Source of the DNA: an uncultured delta proteobacterium
Lineage (GTDB): Bacteria > Myxococcota_A > Polyangia > Polyangiales > Polyangiaceae
NCBI GenBank assembly: GCA_963696385.1
Contig: CAVOKF010000008.1
Coordinates: 256,001 to 320,000 of the forward strand
Length of the DNA stretch: 64,000 nucleotides
Direction of reading: 5' to 3'
The translations under genes and the position numbers were made by a program. Positions 18,348-28,457 of the stretch are shown in pieces. Each line of letters starts with the position of its first letter. The first letter of the stretch is position 1. A model generated the notes under the pieces. That model did not search any database and was not told where the DNA came from. It was given only the letters and a program-made list of their open reading frames with translations.

Positions 18348-19277
18348 ATGCACCCCAAGACGATTGCCCTATCCGCCCTCGCGGCGATTCTCACCGCCGC
18401 CACGGGGGCCCTGCCCGGAGCGACAGCGCGGCAAGCTACATCGACGCGGATGAGCCTAGGACCGGCCGCCCTTCGCTTCGGACGCAGCCTAGGGTCGCCG
18501 ACCGAGGGTCGTCTGGTCGGGGGGACCCACCTCGACGAAACCGTCTACATCCGTGTCATGCCAGCCGACGCAGCCGGGGACGTGCGGTGGGGACTCGAGC
18601 CGCTCGTCGAGATGATCGATCGAGCCGCCCGCACCGTGCGCCGGCAATTTCCCGGTCTCGTGACGTCGGTAGGTCACCTTTCGCGCGAAGGCGGGGGCGA
18701 CGTGGAGCGCCACCGTTCGCACGAAAGCGGGCGCGATGCCGACATCGGTTTCTTCGTTCGTTCCGCAGAGGGCCGGCAGCTGTTCTCGACGCATTTCGTA
18801 CCCTTCCGGTCGGACGGCACCGCGACCGGATGGCCAGGGGCATACTTCGACGATGGCCCAAACTGGGCGTTCGTCGCCGCACTCGTGACCGATCCCGAGG
18901 CACACGTGACGCACGTGTTCGTCGCCTCGCCGCTGCGCGCGCGCTTGCTTGCCTACGCGGAGCGAACCGGTGTCGCAGCCGCCGTCCGGGTCCGGGCCGC
19001 CGAGGTCATGCAACAGCCGCGTGGTGCACTTCCCCACGACGACCACTTTCATGTGCGCATTGCGTGCCCCGCTCGCATGAGCGGGTGCGTGGAAAACCCA
19101 CTCAAGCGCAACGTTGCGTCCACTCGAAAAAGCAAGGCGACGCGCCGACCGGGCGCGACCCCGCCGGCGCCCGCATCGGGCTCGACACCGCCGTCGTCTC
19201 CGGTCGACCCGAGACGCGACGAGTCGGGCGTCTTGCCGGCGTCGATGCCCGCGGCGGTCGACGACGTCGACGGTTGA
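18348..19277 (+). CDS. Penicillin-insensitive murein endopeptidase family (MepA-like), secreted
   Basis: Signal-like N-terminus, HRSHESGRDAD, HDDHFHVRIAC, Pro-rich tail. Confidence 0.8.
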   Translation: MHPKTIALSALAAILTAATGALPGATARQATSTRMSLGPAALRFGRSLGSPTEGRLVGGTHLDETVYIRVMPADAAGDVRWGLEPLVEMIDRAARTVRRQFPGLVTSVGHLSREGGGDVERHRSHESGRDADIGFFVRSAEGRQLFSTHFVPFRSDGTATGWPGAYFDDGPNWAFVAALVTDPEAHVTHVFVASPLRARLLAYAERTGVAAAVRVRAAEVMQQPRGALPHDDHFHVRIACPARMSGCVENPLKRNVASTRKSKATRRPGATPPAPASGSTPPSSPVDPRRDESGVLPASMPAAVDDVDG

Positions 19278-19316
19278 TGGGGCGAGCGCTACGGTACCGG
19301 CGATGAAGAGGCAGGT

Positions 19317-20756
19317 ATGAACAAGCTGGTCTCGACCGCCGTCGAGGCCGTGCGCGACATTCGCGATGGGGCGACGATACTCGCCGGGGGCTTCGGGTTG
19401 TGTGGCATTCCGGAGAACTGCATCCGCGCACTGTGCGAACTCGGAACGAAGAATCTGACGGTCGTATCGAACAACTGCGGAGTCGACGATTTCGGCTTGG
19501 GCTTGCTCCTGCGCAATCGGCAGATTGTCCGAATGGTCTCGAGCTACGTCGGCGAAAACAAGGAATTCGAGCGCCAGTATCTGTCCGGCGAGCTCGAAGT
19601 CGAACTGACTCCGCAAGGTACGCTCGCGGAGCGGCTGCGGGCCGGCGGCGCCGGCATTCCCGCGTTTTTCACTCCGACCGGCGCCGGCACGGCCATCGGC
19701 GACGGAGGCCTGCCCATTCGGTACGGACCGGACGGGCGCGTCGCGCAGTTCTCGGCCAAGAAAGAGACGCGAGAGTTCGGCGGCCGCGCGTGTGTGCTCG
19801 AGCCCGCCATTACCGGGGACTTCGCCCTCGTCAAGGCGTGGCGAGGAGACCGCCTCGGCAATCTCGTGTATCGCCACACGGCGATGAACTTCAATCCGAT
19901 GATGGCCGCCGCCGCCAAGATCACAATCGCGGAAATCGAAGAACTCGTCGAGGTCGGCGCAATCGAGCCGGATCACGTCCACACGCCGGGCATCTACGTG
20001 CACCGGGTCTTGGTCGGCGCCTCCTTCGAGAAGCGCATCGAGCGACGCACGACGAGAGATTCGCGTCCGATGAGCCCGCCGGCGCCCGACGGGGCTCGCC
20101 TGGCGGTCGCGCGCGACCGGATCGCGCGCCGGGCCGCCCAAGAGCTGCGCGACGGTTACTACGTCAATCTCGGCATTGGAATGCCTACCCTCGTGTCCAA
20201 CTTCGTACCCGACGGCATCGAGGTCATCCTGCAGAGCGAGAACGGCCTTCTCGGGGTCGGCCCGTATCCGAAGCCCGAAGAGGTCGATGCGGACGTCATC
20301 AACGCCGGCAAAGAAACGGTCACGATGCTGCCGGGGGGCGCGATTTTTTCGAGTGCTGAGAGCTTCGCGATGATCCGCGGCGGACACATCGACCTCGCCA
20401 TCCTGGGCGCCATGCAAGTGAGCGCGAGCGGCGACCTTTCGAACTGGATGATTCCCGGGAAAATGGTCAAGGGCATGGGCGGAGCCATGGATCTGGTCGC
20501 CAGCGCGAAACGTGTCATCGTCATCATGGAGCACACAGCCAAAGACGGCAGCCCCAAGATTCTTCGGGAATGCACGCTGCCGTTGACGGGCCGACGCGTA
20601 GTGCACCGCGTCATCACGGATATGGCCACTCTGGACGTCACCGCCGAAGGGCTCATCTTGCGCGAAGTGGCGCCCGGCGTGAGCGCGCGCGAAGTGCAGG
20701 ACAGCACCGAGCCGACCCTCAAAGTCTCCCCCGATCTGGTAAGTATGCGCTTCTAG
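19317..20756 (+). CDS. 3-oxoacid CoA-transferase with fused alpha and beta subunits (SCOT-like)
   Basis: [42 protein letters not shown] catalytic Glu, GMGGAMDL. Confidence 0.92.
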   Translation: MNKLVSTAVEAVRDIRDGATILAGGFGLCGIPENCIRALCELGTKNLTVVSNNCGVDDFGLGLLLRNRQIVRMVSSYVGENKEFERQYLSGELEVELTPQGTLAERLRAGGAGIPAFFTPTGAGTAIGDGGLPIRYGPDGRVAQFSAKKETREFGGRACVLEPAITGDFALVKAWRGDRLGNLVYRHTAMNFNPMMAAAAKITIAEIEELVEVGAIEPDHVHTPGIYVHRVLVGASFEKRIERRTTRDSRPMSPPAPDGARLAVARDRIARRAAQELRDGYYVNLGIGMPTLVSNFVPDGIEVILQSENGLLGVGPYPKPEEVDADVINAGKETVTMLPGGAIFSSAESFAMIRGGHIDLAILGAMQVSASGDLSNWMIPGKMVKGMGGAMDLVASAKRVIVIMEHTAKDGSPKILRECTLPLTGRRVVHRVITDMATLDVTAEGLILREVAPGVSAREVQDSTEPTLKVSPDLVSMRF

Positions 20757-20763
20757 AAGAAGC

Positions 20764-21642
20764 ATGCCCTGGCCTGAAAAGAAACCTCCCGAAGGCGACG
20801 CCGCCGAGAAAAAGACCCTCGGCAAAGGCGTCTTTCGCAAATGCGACGGCTGCGGGGAGACGCTGCCCTCCGACGCTCTCGCTTCGAACTTCGAAGTCTG
20901 TCCGCAGTGCGGGCGCCACCACAAGCTCAGCTTCGTCCGGTGGCGGCAGCTGATCCTCGACGACGGGTGCTTCGACGAGTGGGAGGCGCACCTTGCGCCG
21001 GCGGATCCACTGGAATTTACGGACGGAAAGACGTACCCGGAGCGGATCGCGGCCGCGCAGCGCTCCTCTCACGCCAAGGAAGCGATCGAAACCGGATCCG
21101 GACGCATCGGCGGCCACAGGGTGGCGTGGGGAGCTTTTCTCTTTGCCTTCATGGGCGGATCGATGGGCAGCGTCGTCGGCGAGAAGGTGACGCGTCTCTT
21201 CGAGCGAGCGACCCAGCAGAGGCTTCCGGTCGTTTTGCTGCACGCGTCGGGGGGCGCGCGCATGCAAGAGGGAATTCTGAGCCTGATGCAGATGGCCAAG
21301 ACCGTCGGCGCGCTGGAACGATTGAAGGCGGCGGCGCTGCCCTTCATCAGCATCCTGCTGCATCCGACGACCGGCGGAGTCGCAGCGAGCTTCGCTCTGC
21401 TCGGCGACGTCAACATCGCCGAGCCCGAGGCTCTGATCGGATTCGCCGGGCCGCGCGTCATCGAAAGCACGATCCGACAAAGGCTACCGGCCGGATTTCA
21501 GCGCAGCGAGTTCTTGCTGGCGCATGGAATGATCGACCGAATTGCCAGCCGGCTCGAGATGAAGCGCGAGATTGCGACTCTGCTCGGGCATTTCATGGGG
21601 CAGGCGGGGCATGCAAACGGACACGCGCCACCGGGAGGATGA
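20764..21642 (+). CDS. accD: Acetyl-CoA carboxylase carboxyltransferase beta subunit
   Basis: CDGC/CPQC zinc finger, FMGGSMG, SGGARMQEG, PTTGGV, GFAGPRVI, FQRSE. Confidence 0.96.
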   Translation: MPWPEKKPPEGDAAEKKTLGKGVFRKCDGCGETLPSDALASNFEVCPQCGRHHKLSFVRWRQLILDDGCFDEWEAHLAPADPLEFTDGKTYPERIAAAQRSSHAKEAIETGSGRIGGHRVAWGAFLFAFMGGSMGSVVGEKVTRLFERATQQRLPVVLLHASGGARMQEGILSLMQMAKTVGALERLKAAALPFISILLHPTTGGVAASFALLGDVNIAEPEALIGFAGPRVIESTIRQRLPAGFQRSEFLLAHGMIDRIASRLEMKREIATLLGHFMGQAGHANGHAPPGG

Positions 21643-22930
21643 ATCCGTCACTGTTTCGCTGCAGTCCGCTCTGTCGGACCTGTACGCACGAGTTTCGCTC
21701 GGAATGCGCCTCGGCCTCGAACGGATGCGGGCGGCGTGCGAACGACACGGGCATCCGGAGCAGGCACTGCGCGCCGTCCACGTCGCCGGGACGAACGGCA
21801 AGGGCAGCGTCTGCGCCATGCTCGAGTCGATCGCCCGATCTCACGGACTTCGAACGGGCCTGTACACGTCACCGCATCTTTGCCGATTCGCCGAGCGGAT
21901 CCGGATCGACGGCGAGCCCATCGACGACGCGACTCTCGCGCGTCTGCTGAGGCGCGTCCTTGCATCCGAAGCGGATCTCTCCTTCTTCGAGGTCGCCACG
22001 CTCGCGGCGTTCCTCGCGTTCCGTGAGGCTCGCGTCGACCTCGCGGTGATCGAGGTCGGCATCGGCGGCCGGCTCGACGCGACCAACGTGCTGCCTCTGC
22101 CGGCGGCAGCTGCGATCACGCGCATCGCGATGGACCACGCCGATCGCCTCGGCCCGACTCTCGCGCACATCGCCCGGGAAAAGGCCGGCATCGCCAAGCC
22201 CGGTCTCGATATCGTGCTGGGCCCCATGTCGGACCCCATCCGGGCGACGGTCGATGAGGTCGCGCGCGCCTGCGGGGCGACCACGAGCCGTCCGCGCCCG
22301 GCGTCCCTGCCGCGCGCGATCGGGCTCGCCGGCTTTCACCAACGGCACAACGCGCGCGTCGCTGCAGAGCTCGGCGCACGCATCGGCGCGTCGCGGACGG
22401 CCATCGACCGGGGACTCGCACTCGCCCGCTGGCCGGCAAGGCTCGAGCGCATCGGCCCTTACCTGGTCGACGCCGCGCACAACCCGGACGGAGCTCGAGC
22501 GCTCGCGCGGTACGTACGCGCTCTTTCACTGCCTCCCGAACAGGTCGCCCTCCTGTTCGGCACGCTCGCCGACAAGGAATGGCGACCGATGTTGAAGGCG
22601 CTCGCGCCCTTCGCCGCGACCCGCATTTACGTGGCCCCGGAGGCATCGGCCCGATCCGCGGTCGACCCGGACCAGATGCGCGCCCTCTGCCCGGGGACCG
22701 TCGCGGCGAATCTGGACGGTGCGCTCGCTCTGGCTGCGGCCTTCGTCGACCCCGGACGCGGCCTGCACGATGCCGCTTCGCCCTTGCCCGACGGGGGCAT
22801 CGGGGCCGACCGGGCCGGCCGCCCCACGGCCGCCCACCGGATCGTCGTCGTCGCCGGTTCCATCGTCCTCGTCGGAGACGTTCGCGGCAGGCTCTGCAAC
22901 CTGCCGCGCGACCCTCCGGTCGCACTTTGA
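21611..22930 (+). CDS. folC: Folylpolyglutamate synthase/dihydrofolate synthase; start uncertain
   Basis: HVAGTNGKGS, YTSPHL, EVGIGGRLDATN, EKAGI, DAAHN; accD-folC synteny. Confidence 0.92.
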   Translation: MQTDTRHREDESVTVSLQSALSDLYARVSLGMRLGLERMRAACERHGHPEQALRAVHVAGTNGKGSVCAMLESIARSHGLRTGLYTSPHLCRFAERIRIDGEPIDDATLARLLRRVLASEADLSFFEVATLAAFLAFREARVDLAVIEVGIGGRLDATNVLPLPAAAAITRIAMDHADRLGPTLAHIAREKAGIAKPGLDIVLGPMSDPIRATVDEVARACGATTSRPRPASLPRAIGLAGFHQRHNARVAAELGARIGASRTAIDRGLALARWPARLERIGPYLVDAAHNPDGARALARYVRALSLPPEQVALLFGTLADKEWRPMLKALAPFAATRIYVAPEASARSAVDPDQMRALCPGTVAANLDGALALAAAFVDPGRGLHDAASPLPDGGIGADRAGRPTAAHRIVVVAGSIVLVGDVRGRLCNLPRDPPVAL

Positions 22931-22970
22931 AGGCCCCGCCGCGAACGGCTAGCATGGCCCTCGATTCCCG

Positions 22971-23456
22971 ATGCCCAGTTTCGATGTCGTCTCGAAGGCG
23001 CAGCTGAACGAAATCGACAACGCGTTCAACCAGGCGCAAAAGGAAATCGCGCAGCGCTTCGATTTCAAGGACACCGACACGGTCCTCGAAAAAACGCCGG
23101 AGGCGATCACGATCCGATCGGGAAGCGAAGACCGCGCCAAGGCAGCGCTCGTCGTCGTGCAGGAAAAGCTCGTCAAACGCAAAGTTTCCCTTCGATTCCT
23201 CGACATCGGCAAGGCGGAACCGACCGCCAAGGGCGGCGCCCGCATCGTCGCCACGATCAAAGAAGGCATCGAGGTCGAGAAGGCCCGGGCCCTCGTTCAA
23301 ATGCTGAAGGAATCCAAGCTCAAGGTGCAGACGTCGATTCAAGATCGACAAGTGCGGGTCACAGGCAAGAACAAGGACGACTTGCAGGCCGCCATTCAGT
23401 CGATACGCGAGCGCGACTTCGGTATCGAACTTCAATTCGTCAACTTCAGAGATTGA
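22971..23456 (+). CDS. yajQ: YajQ family nucleotide-binding protein
   Basis: MPSFDVVS, RFDFK, RVTGKNKDDLQ, C-terminal QFVNFRD. Confidence 0.95.
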   Translation: MPSFDVVSKAQLNEIDNAFNQAQKEIAQRFDFKDTDTVLEKTPEAITIRSGSEDRAKAALVVVQEKLVKRKVSLRFLDIGKAEPTAKGGARIVATIKEGIEVEKARALVQMLKESKLKVQTSIQDRQVRVTGKNKDDLQAAIQSIRERDFGIELQFVNFRD

Positions 23457-23465
23457 ACCTTACGA

Positions 23466-24917
23466 ATGAAAAAAATCGTCGGCAGCAGCGTGACGAAGAC
23501 GAAGACGGCGCACCCCAAGGTTTCGAACGGCGGATCCATGAACGGCGGCGCGACCGGCGCCGGCGCGCGCAAGCTCTTCGGCACCGACGGGATTCGGGGC
23601 ATTGCCAACGAGTACCCGATGACGCCCGAGCTTGCTTTGCAGCTCGGGCGCGCCGTCACCTTCGTCGCCGGACGCGGCAAGGCGCATTCCCCCCGCGTTC
23701 TCGTCGGCAAGGACACCCGACTGTCCGGTTACATGCTCGAGCAGGCGATCGCCAGCGGTGTCTGCGCGACGGGAGGGCGCGTGATGCTGTGTGGCCCGAT
23801 GCCGACCCCCGCCATCGCCCACTTGACCGTGAGCATGCGTGCGGACGCCGGCATCGTGATCAGCGCGAGTCACAATCCTTATCAGGACAACGGAATCAAG
23901 ATATTCGGGTCCGACGGCTTCAAGCTGCCGGACGAAGCGGAGAGCGAAATCGAGCGGCTGATGGAAAACCATGAGCTGCTCGGCGCACGCTCGACCGGTC
24001 CCGGAATCGGCCGTGCGGAGAAGCTCGAGGATGCGCGAGGCCGCTACGTCGTGTTTCTCAAGCAGACCTTTCCGTCCGACCTCTCGCTCGACGGGGTGCG
24101 CGTCGTCGTGGACGCCGCGCACGGGGCCGCCTACCGCGTCGCTCCGTTGGTCCTTCAGGAGCTCGGCGCCCACGTCACGGCGATCGGCGTCAAACCCAAC
24201 GGCTTCAACATCAACAAGGACTGTGGAGCGCTGTTTCCCGAGCACGTGCGGGCCGAGGTCGCCAAGCGTGGCGCCGCCATCGGAGTGGCTCTCGACGGCG
24301 ACGCCGACCGGCTGATCGTCGTCGACGAGAAGGGCCAAATCGTCGACGGCGATCAACTGCTCGCCATGTGCGCCCGGCAGATGTGCTCGGACGGGAGCCT
24401 CAAGAAGAAGACCGTCGTCGCGACCGTGATGTCGAACCTGGGCCTCGAGCACGCCTTGACTCGATTGGGCGCCACGCTCATTCGCACCCAGGTCGGCGAC
24501 CGATACGTGGTCGAAGCGATGCGCAACGGTGGCTACAACCTCGGCGGCGAACAATCGGGACATCTGGTGTTTCTGGATCACGCGTCGACGGGCGATGGCG
24601 TCCTCGGCGCCCTGCAGGTGCTCGCGCTCATGTTGAGAACGGGCAAACCGTTGAGCGAGCTGGCGAACGAGGCGATGCAGCGCGTTCCTCAGGTCCTCGA
24701 GAACGTCACGTTGCCCGCCCGCAGGCCCCTCGGCGACATGCGACGTCTGGGGCAAATGACCTCCAGCATCGTGCGTGCACTCGGCGATCAAGGCCGTGTT
24801 CTGGTGCGCTGGAGCGGAACGGAGCCGAAACTCCGAATCATGCTCGAAGGACCCAGCGAACCGAGGCTCAAGGAGTGGGCCAAAGACCTCGCCGAGGCTG
24901 CAAGGCTTGAGTTTTAG
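23466..24917 (+). CDS. glmM: Phosphoglucosamine mutase (start may be 23538)
   Basis: LFGTDGIRG, ISASHNP, DGDADR, GGEQSGH, RWSGTEP. Confidence 0.95.
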   Translation: MKKIVGSSVTKTKTAHPKVSNGGSMNGGATGAGARKLFGTDGIRGIANEYPMTPELALQLGRAVTFVAGRGKAHSPRVLVGKDTRLSGYMLEQAIASGVCATGGRVMLCGPMPTPAIAHLTVSMRADAGIVISASHNPYQDNGIKIFGSDGFKLPDEAESEIERLMENHELLGARSTGPGIGRAEKLEDARGRYVVFLKQTFPSDLSLDGVRVVVDAAHGAAYRVAPLVLQELGAHVTAIGVKPNGFNINKDCGALFPEHVRAEVAKRGAAIGVALDGDADRLIVVDEKGQIVDGDQLLAMCARQMCSDGSLKKKTVVATVMSNLGLEHALTRLGATLIRTQVGDRYVVEAMRNGGYNLGGEQSGHLVFLDHASTGDGVLGALQVLALMLRTGKPLSELANEAMQRVPQVLENVTLPARRPLGDMRRLGQMTSSIVRALGDQGRVLVRWSGTEPKLRIMLEGPSEPRLKEWAKDLAEAARLEF

Positions 24918-24920
24918 GGT

Positions 24921-25148
24921 ACCCGGATCACCCTGAGCGTTCGCTCCGCCTCGACTCGCTTCGCTCGCTCGGCTCCGCTCTCGCCGACCCGGTACGTGCG
25001 ACACGTCGAGGGGAGCGAGTGCCGCTCCCCTCGAACACCCCAGCAGGCCCCAGCCGGCGGCGAGAACGTGACCCTGAGCTCTCGCCGACCAGTGCCCGCG
25101 ACACGTTGACGGGATTCGCCTCGGGCACCCCAGCGGTACGGGAGAACG
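24921..25148 (-). repeat. Left cluster of ~125-bp REP-like repeat (one full and one degenerate unit), inverted relative to 25730-26068
   Basis: Reverse complement of the right-hand unit; 12-bp hairpin at 25006-25034; starts 3 nt after the glmM stop. Confidence 0.85.
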
Positions 25149-25323
25149 GCCATGATCGTCGCTTCCTTCCAGCGCATGGGCGGCCCGGGCCTCGATGTTC
25201 GGCCTCGTGCTTCTCGTGCTCAAGGCGAGCCGCCATCTCTTGGGGGGTCTCGTCTCGGACGGCCAGGGTGCCGAGAGCGTCCGTCAGAGCGCTGATATCG
25301 AGCTTCTTCGTCGGCACCAGCAC
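25149..25323 (-). pseudogene. Truncated or frameshifted small gene downstream of the RHH gene
   Basis: SD-like GAAGAGG before GTG; MLVPTKK...RDETPQEMAARLEHEKHEAEHR continues out of frame as MRWKEATIMAVL, then runs into the repeat. Confidence 0.4.
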
Positions 25324-25331
25324 CCTCTTCT

Positions 25332-25544
25332 TCAGATCCCAACAATTTCGGTCGCTAGCTCTTGATCCTTGTGGGCGACCCCAAACTTCTTGCCATCTTC
25401 CTTCGCCTGGACGGCAACCTCCATCAGAACCACGGCACGGCGTAGAACGTCGCTCTTGGTCCCGTGAATCTTCTCGGCAAGCTCCTCCAGCTTCGCGTTC
25501 AGCTGGGACGAGACCTCAAGGCTCAGCCTAATCTTCTCGCTCAT
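25332..25544 (-). CDS. CopG/ribbon-helix-helix family DNA-binding protein (70 aa)
   Basis: Beta strand IRLSLEV, helix LNAKLEELAEK, helix TKSDVLRRAV; GGAG SD. Confidence 0.78.
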   Translation of the reverse strand: MSEKIRLSLEVSSQLNAKLEELAEKIHGTKSDVLRRAVVLMEVAVQAKEDGKKFGVAHKDQELATEIVGI

Positions 25545-25579
25545 TTGTCTTCGTCTCCATACAGGCGTCGGTGAATCAC

Positions 25580-25648
25580 ATACGCTTAAACAGCGTATTA
25601 AATACGCCTATTGTGAGCTGAACCTACGCTGAATCTGCGCGTCGTCAA
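25580..25648 (-). promoter_or_regulatory. Putative promoter (TTGACG-N16-TAGGTT) and TACGC operator palindromes of the RHH gene
   Basis: ATACGCT-N5-AGCGTAT (25580-25598) overlapping GCGTATT-A-AATACGC (25593-25607) in an AT-rich patch. Confidence 0.55.
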
Positions 25649-25729
25649 GCACCCCACGCGCCGAAGGTTAATCTGCTCCGAATGCCGAATGACCGGGTTC
25701 GTCCGCGAAACCAGAGGGCCATGGGCGAC

Positions 25730-26068
25730 CGACGCGTCGCGAGTGCCGGGTCGGCGAGAGAGGAGCCGAGCGAGCGAAGCGAGTCGAGGCGGAGCGAACG
25801 CTCACGTTCTCGCCTCCTGCTGGGGTGCTCGAGGGGAGCGGCACTCGCTCCCCTCGACGTGTCGCGAGTGCCGGGTCGGCGAGAGCGGAGCCGAGCGAGC
25901 GAAGCGAGTCGAGGCGGAGCGAACGCTCACGTTTTCCCCGTCCTGCTGGGGTGCTCGAGGGGAGCGGCACTCGCTCCCCTCGACGTGTCGCGAGTGCCGG
26001 GTCGGCGAGAGCGGAGCCGAGCGAGCGAAGCGAGTCGAGGCGGAGCGAACGCTCAGGGTGATCCTGGT
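25730..26068 (+). repeat. Right cluster of ~125-bp REP-like repeat (~2.7 tandem units)
   Basis: GTCGCGAGTG recurs at 25736, 25861, 25987 (period 125/126); hairpin TCGAGGGGAGCG-GCACT-CGCTCCCCTCGA at 25829-25857 and 25955-25983; abuts the ahcY stop. Confidence 0.92.
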
Positions 26069-27380
26069 TTAGTAACGATAATGCTCCGGCTTGAAGGGGC
26101 CCTCTGGCGAGATGCCCAGATAGCCGGCTTGGTCCCCGGTCAACTTGGTCAGCTTCACGCCGAGCTTGGGCAGGTGAAGTGCGGCGACCTTCTCATCGAG
26201 CTTTTTCGGCAGCGTGTAGACCTTGCGCTCGTACTTCGAATAGTTCTGCCAAAGCTCGATCTGCGCGATCGTCTGATTCGAGAAGCTCGACGACATGACG
26301 AAGGAGGGGTGTCCGTTGGCGCAGCCAAGATTCACGAGCCGCCCTCGAGCCAGCAGCGTCAGCCGCTTGCCGTCCGGAAACACGAACTGGTCCACTTGCG
26401 GCTTGACGTTCACCTCCTTGATTTCGGGGTTCTTCTCGAGCCACGCGACGTCGATCTCGCAATCGAAATGACCGATATTGCAAATGATGGCCTGGTCCTT
26501 CATTGCGCGAAGGTGTTCCTGCCGGATGACGCCGAGGCAGCCGGTTGCGGTCACGAAGATGTCTCCGATCGGAGCGATTTCCTCCATCGTGGTCACCTGG
26601 TACCCCTCCATGGCCGCCTGCAGCGCGCAAATCGGGTCGATCTCGGTCACCACGACGCGCGCGCCCAGCCCGCGAAGCGACTGGCAGCACCCCTTGCCCA
26701 CGTCGCCGTAGCCGGCGACGACGGCAACCTTTCCGGCAAACATGACGCCTGTCGCGCGCTTCAGTCCGTCCCCGAGCGACTCGCGACAACCGTAGAGATT
26801 GTCGAACTTCGATTTGGTCACGCTGTCGTTGACGTTCATCGCCGGGACTTGCAACGTGCCTTTCTTCGCCATGTCGTACAGACGGTGAACCCCGGTGGTG
26901 GTCTCCTCGGTGAGACCGCGGATCGGGTCGGCCCCGGAGAAGAGCCGGGGGTGCTCGGCGTGCACGATCTGTGTCGAAATCGCCGCCGTCATCGAGGAGC
27001 ATGTTCGGCCCCTTGCCCCCGCTGAACGCGCGAAGCTGCCTCTCGATGCACTCGTTGTATTCGGCTTCGGTTTCGCCCTTCCAGGCGAACACGGGAATCC
27101 CACGGTGGGCGACCGCCGCCGCCGCGTGATCCTGGGTCGAGAAGATGTTGCAGGTCGTCCATGTCACCTCGGCGCCCAGGTCGATGAGCGTCTCGATGAG
27201 CACGGCCGTCTGAATGGTCATGTGCAAGCAGCCCGCGATACGGGCGCCCCGCAACGGCTTGGTCGAGCCGAATTCGCCGCGCAGCGCCATGAGCCCGGGC
27301 ATCTCGCTCTCGGCGATTTCGATCTCCTTGCGGCCCCAATCCGCGAGCGTGATGTCTTTGACCTTGTAGTTATGAGCCAT
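26069..27380 (-). CDS. ahcY: Adenosylhomocysteinase; one +1 frameshift near 26976 in this sequence
   Basis: [32 protein letters not shown], then in the next frame [41 protein letters not shown]. Confidence 0.93.
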
Positions 27381-28401
27381 TTGTCCGTCCTTTCCCGTCC
27401 GGGTGATTCGGCTTGTTTGCCACGAGCACCTGCCAGGGCAGATGCCGATCCGGTCCATCTCCACAAAGCACGGATGGAATCCGTGCGACCACTGCGCCCT
27501 CGAGGCCGGCGGCGCGCGCAAATCGCCGGAGCGCCGCTGGGGCGAAGCCGAGCCACGCGTCGGCCTGATCGCGCATCGACTCGTCATCGTGCGCGGCATA
27601 CTCGATGACGACGACCGAACCGCCCGCCGCGCAGAGCGACGCCAGCTGTCCCAGTCGCTCTGCCGGCTGCGGCGCGTGATGCAGCACGCGCGAAGCGAAC
27701 ACCGCATCGGCACCCGGATCGGATCCGCTTTGGCCGGCGATGAGCCCCAGAGCACGAAGTACTTGCGGCGAATCGATCTCGGCATCGAGCAATTCAACGT
27801 TCGCGAAACCGCGCATCGCGATCCTCTCTCTCGCGCGCTCGAGCTGCACCTTCGACCGATCGACGGCGATGACGCGCTCGTACACCGGGGCAAGCACATC
27901 GAGAAGCCGTCCGTCGCCTGTTCCCGCGTCGACCGCCATCGAACGGCGGGGCAGCAAGCACGCGAGCGCACGGAGGTAGGCCCCCGTCTCGGCCGGCATC
28001 GCGTCGAGCCGCACCTTGCTCGGGCGCCCGAAGAACTCGCGCGTCGGCGCCTCGCGCGCGCGCAGCGCGTCGGGAATGCGAGAAAGACTTCCGTCGCGCT
28101 CGCAGAGAGCGCGCCCGCTACGTAGGGCATCCGCAACGACCGGATCGCGCGACGCGCCGGAGGCGGTCCGAACGAGCGTCCGGGTTCCTTCCCGCCGGTC
28201 CTGAAGCAGACCCGCTTGCCGCAACGCGGCCGCATGGCGGGAAATGTTGGGCTGGTTCTCCTCGAGCAGGTCAGCGAGCTCGCCGATACCGAGCTCCTCC
28301 TCCGCCGCGAGAGCCAGCAGGCGCAGCCGAACGGGCTCGGCAAGAAGCCTGTAGAGCTCCCAGCGCCGGGGACCCGCGAGATTCACGTCCACAAGCACCA
28401 A
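27370..28401 (-). CDS. sahR: ArsR-family regulator fused to a SAM-binding methyltransferase domain (SahR-like)
   Basis: ArsR HTH (RLRLL..ELADLL..QPNISRH), [16 protein letters not shown]; overlaps the ahcY start. Confidence 0.78.
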   Translation of the reverse strand: MVLVDVNLAGPRRWELYRLLAEPVRLRLLALAAEEELGIGELADLLEENQPNISRHAAALRQAGLLQDRREGTRTLVRTASGASRDPVVADALRSGRALCERDGSLSRIPDALRAREAPTREFFGRPSKVRLDAMPAETGAYLRALACLLPRRSMAVDAGTGDGRLLDVLAPVYERVIAVDRSKVQLERARERIAMRGFANVELLDAEIDSPQVLRALGLIAGQSGSDPGADAVFASRVLHHAPQPAERLGQLASLCAAGGSVVVIEYAAHDDESMRDQADAWLGFAPAALRRFARAAGLEGAVVARIPSVLCGDGPDRHLPWQVLVANKPNHPDGKGRTNGS

Positions 28402-28457
28402 TTCTATGCACGCATGTGTATGGATGCAAGAAGGTCATTTCATGGCACTATGAGCCG

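Noticed and set aside
21611..21665. Fourth frameshift at the folC 5' end (ATG 21639 overlapping the accD stop is out of frame)
   Set aside because: An in-frame ATG at 21611 exists; cannot be resolved without reads.
25730..26068. CRISPR array
   Set aside because: Units are ~125 bp and nearly identical throughout, with no unique spacers and no cas genes.
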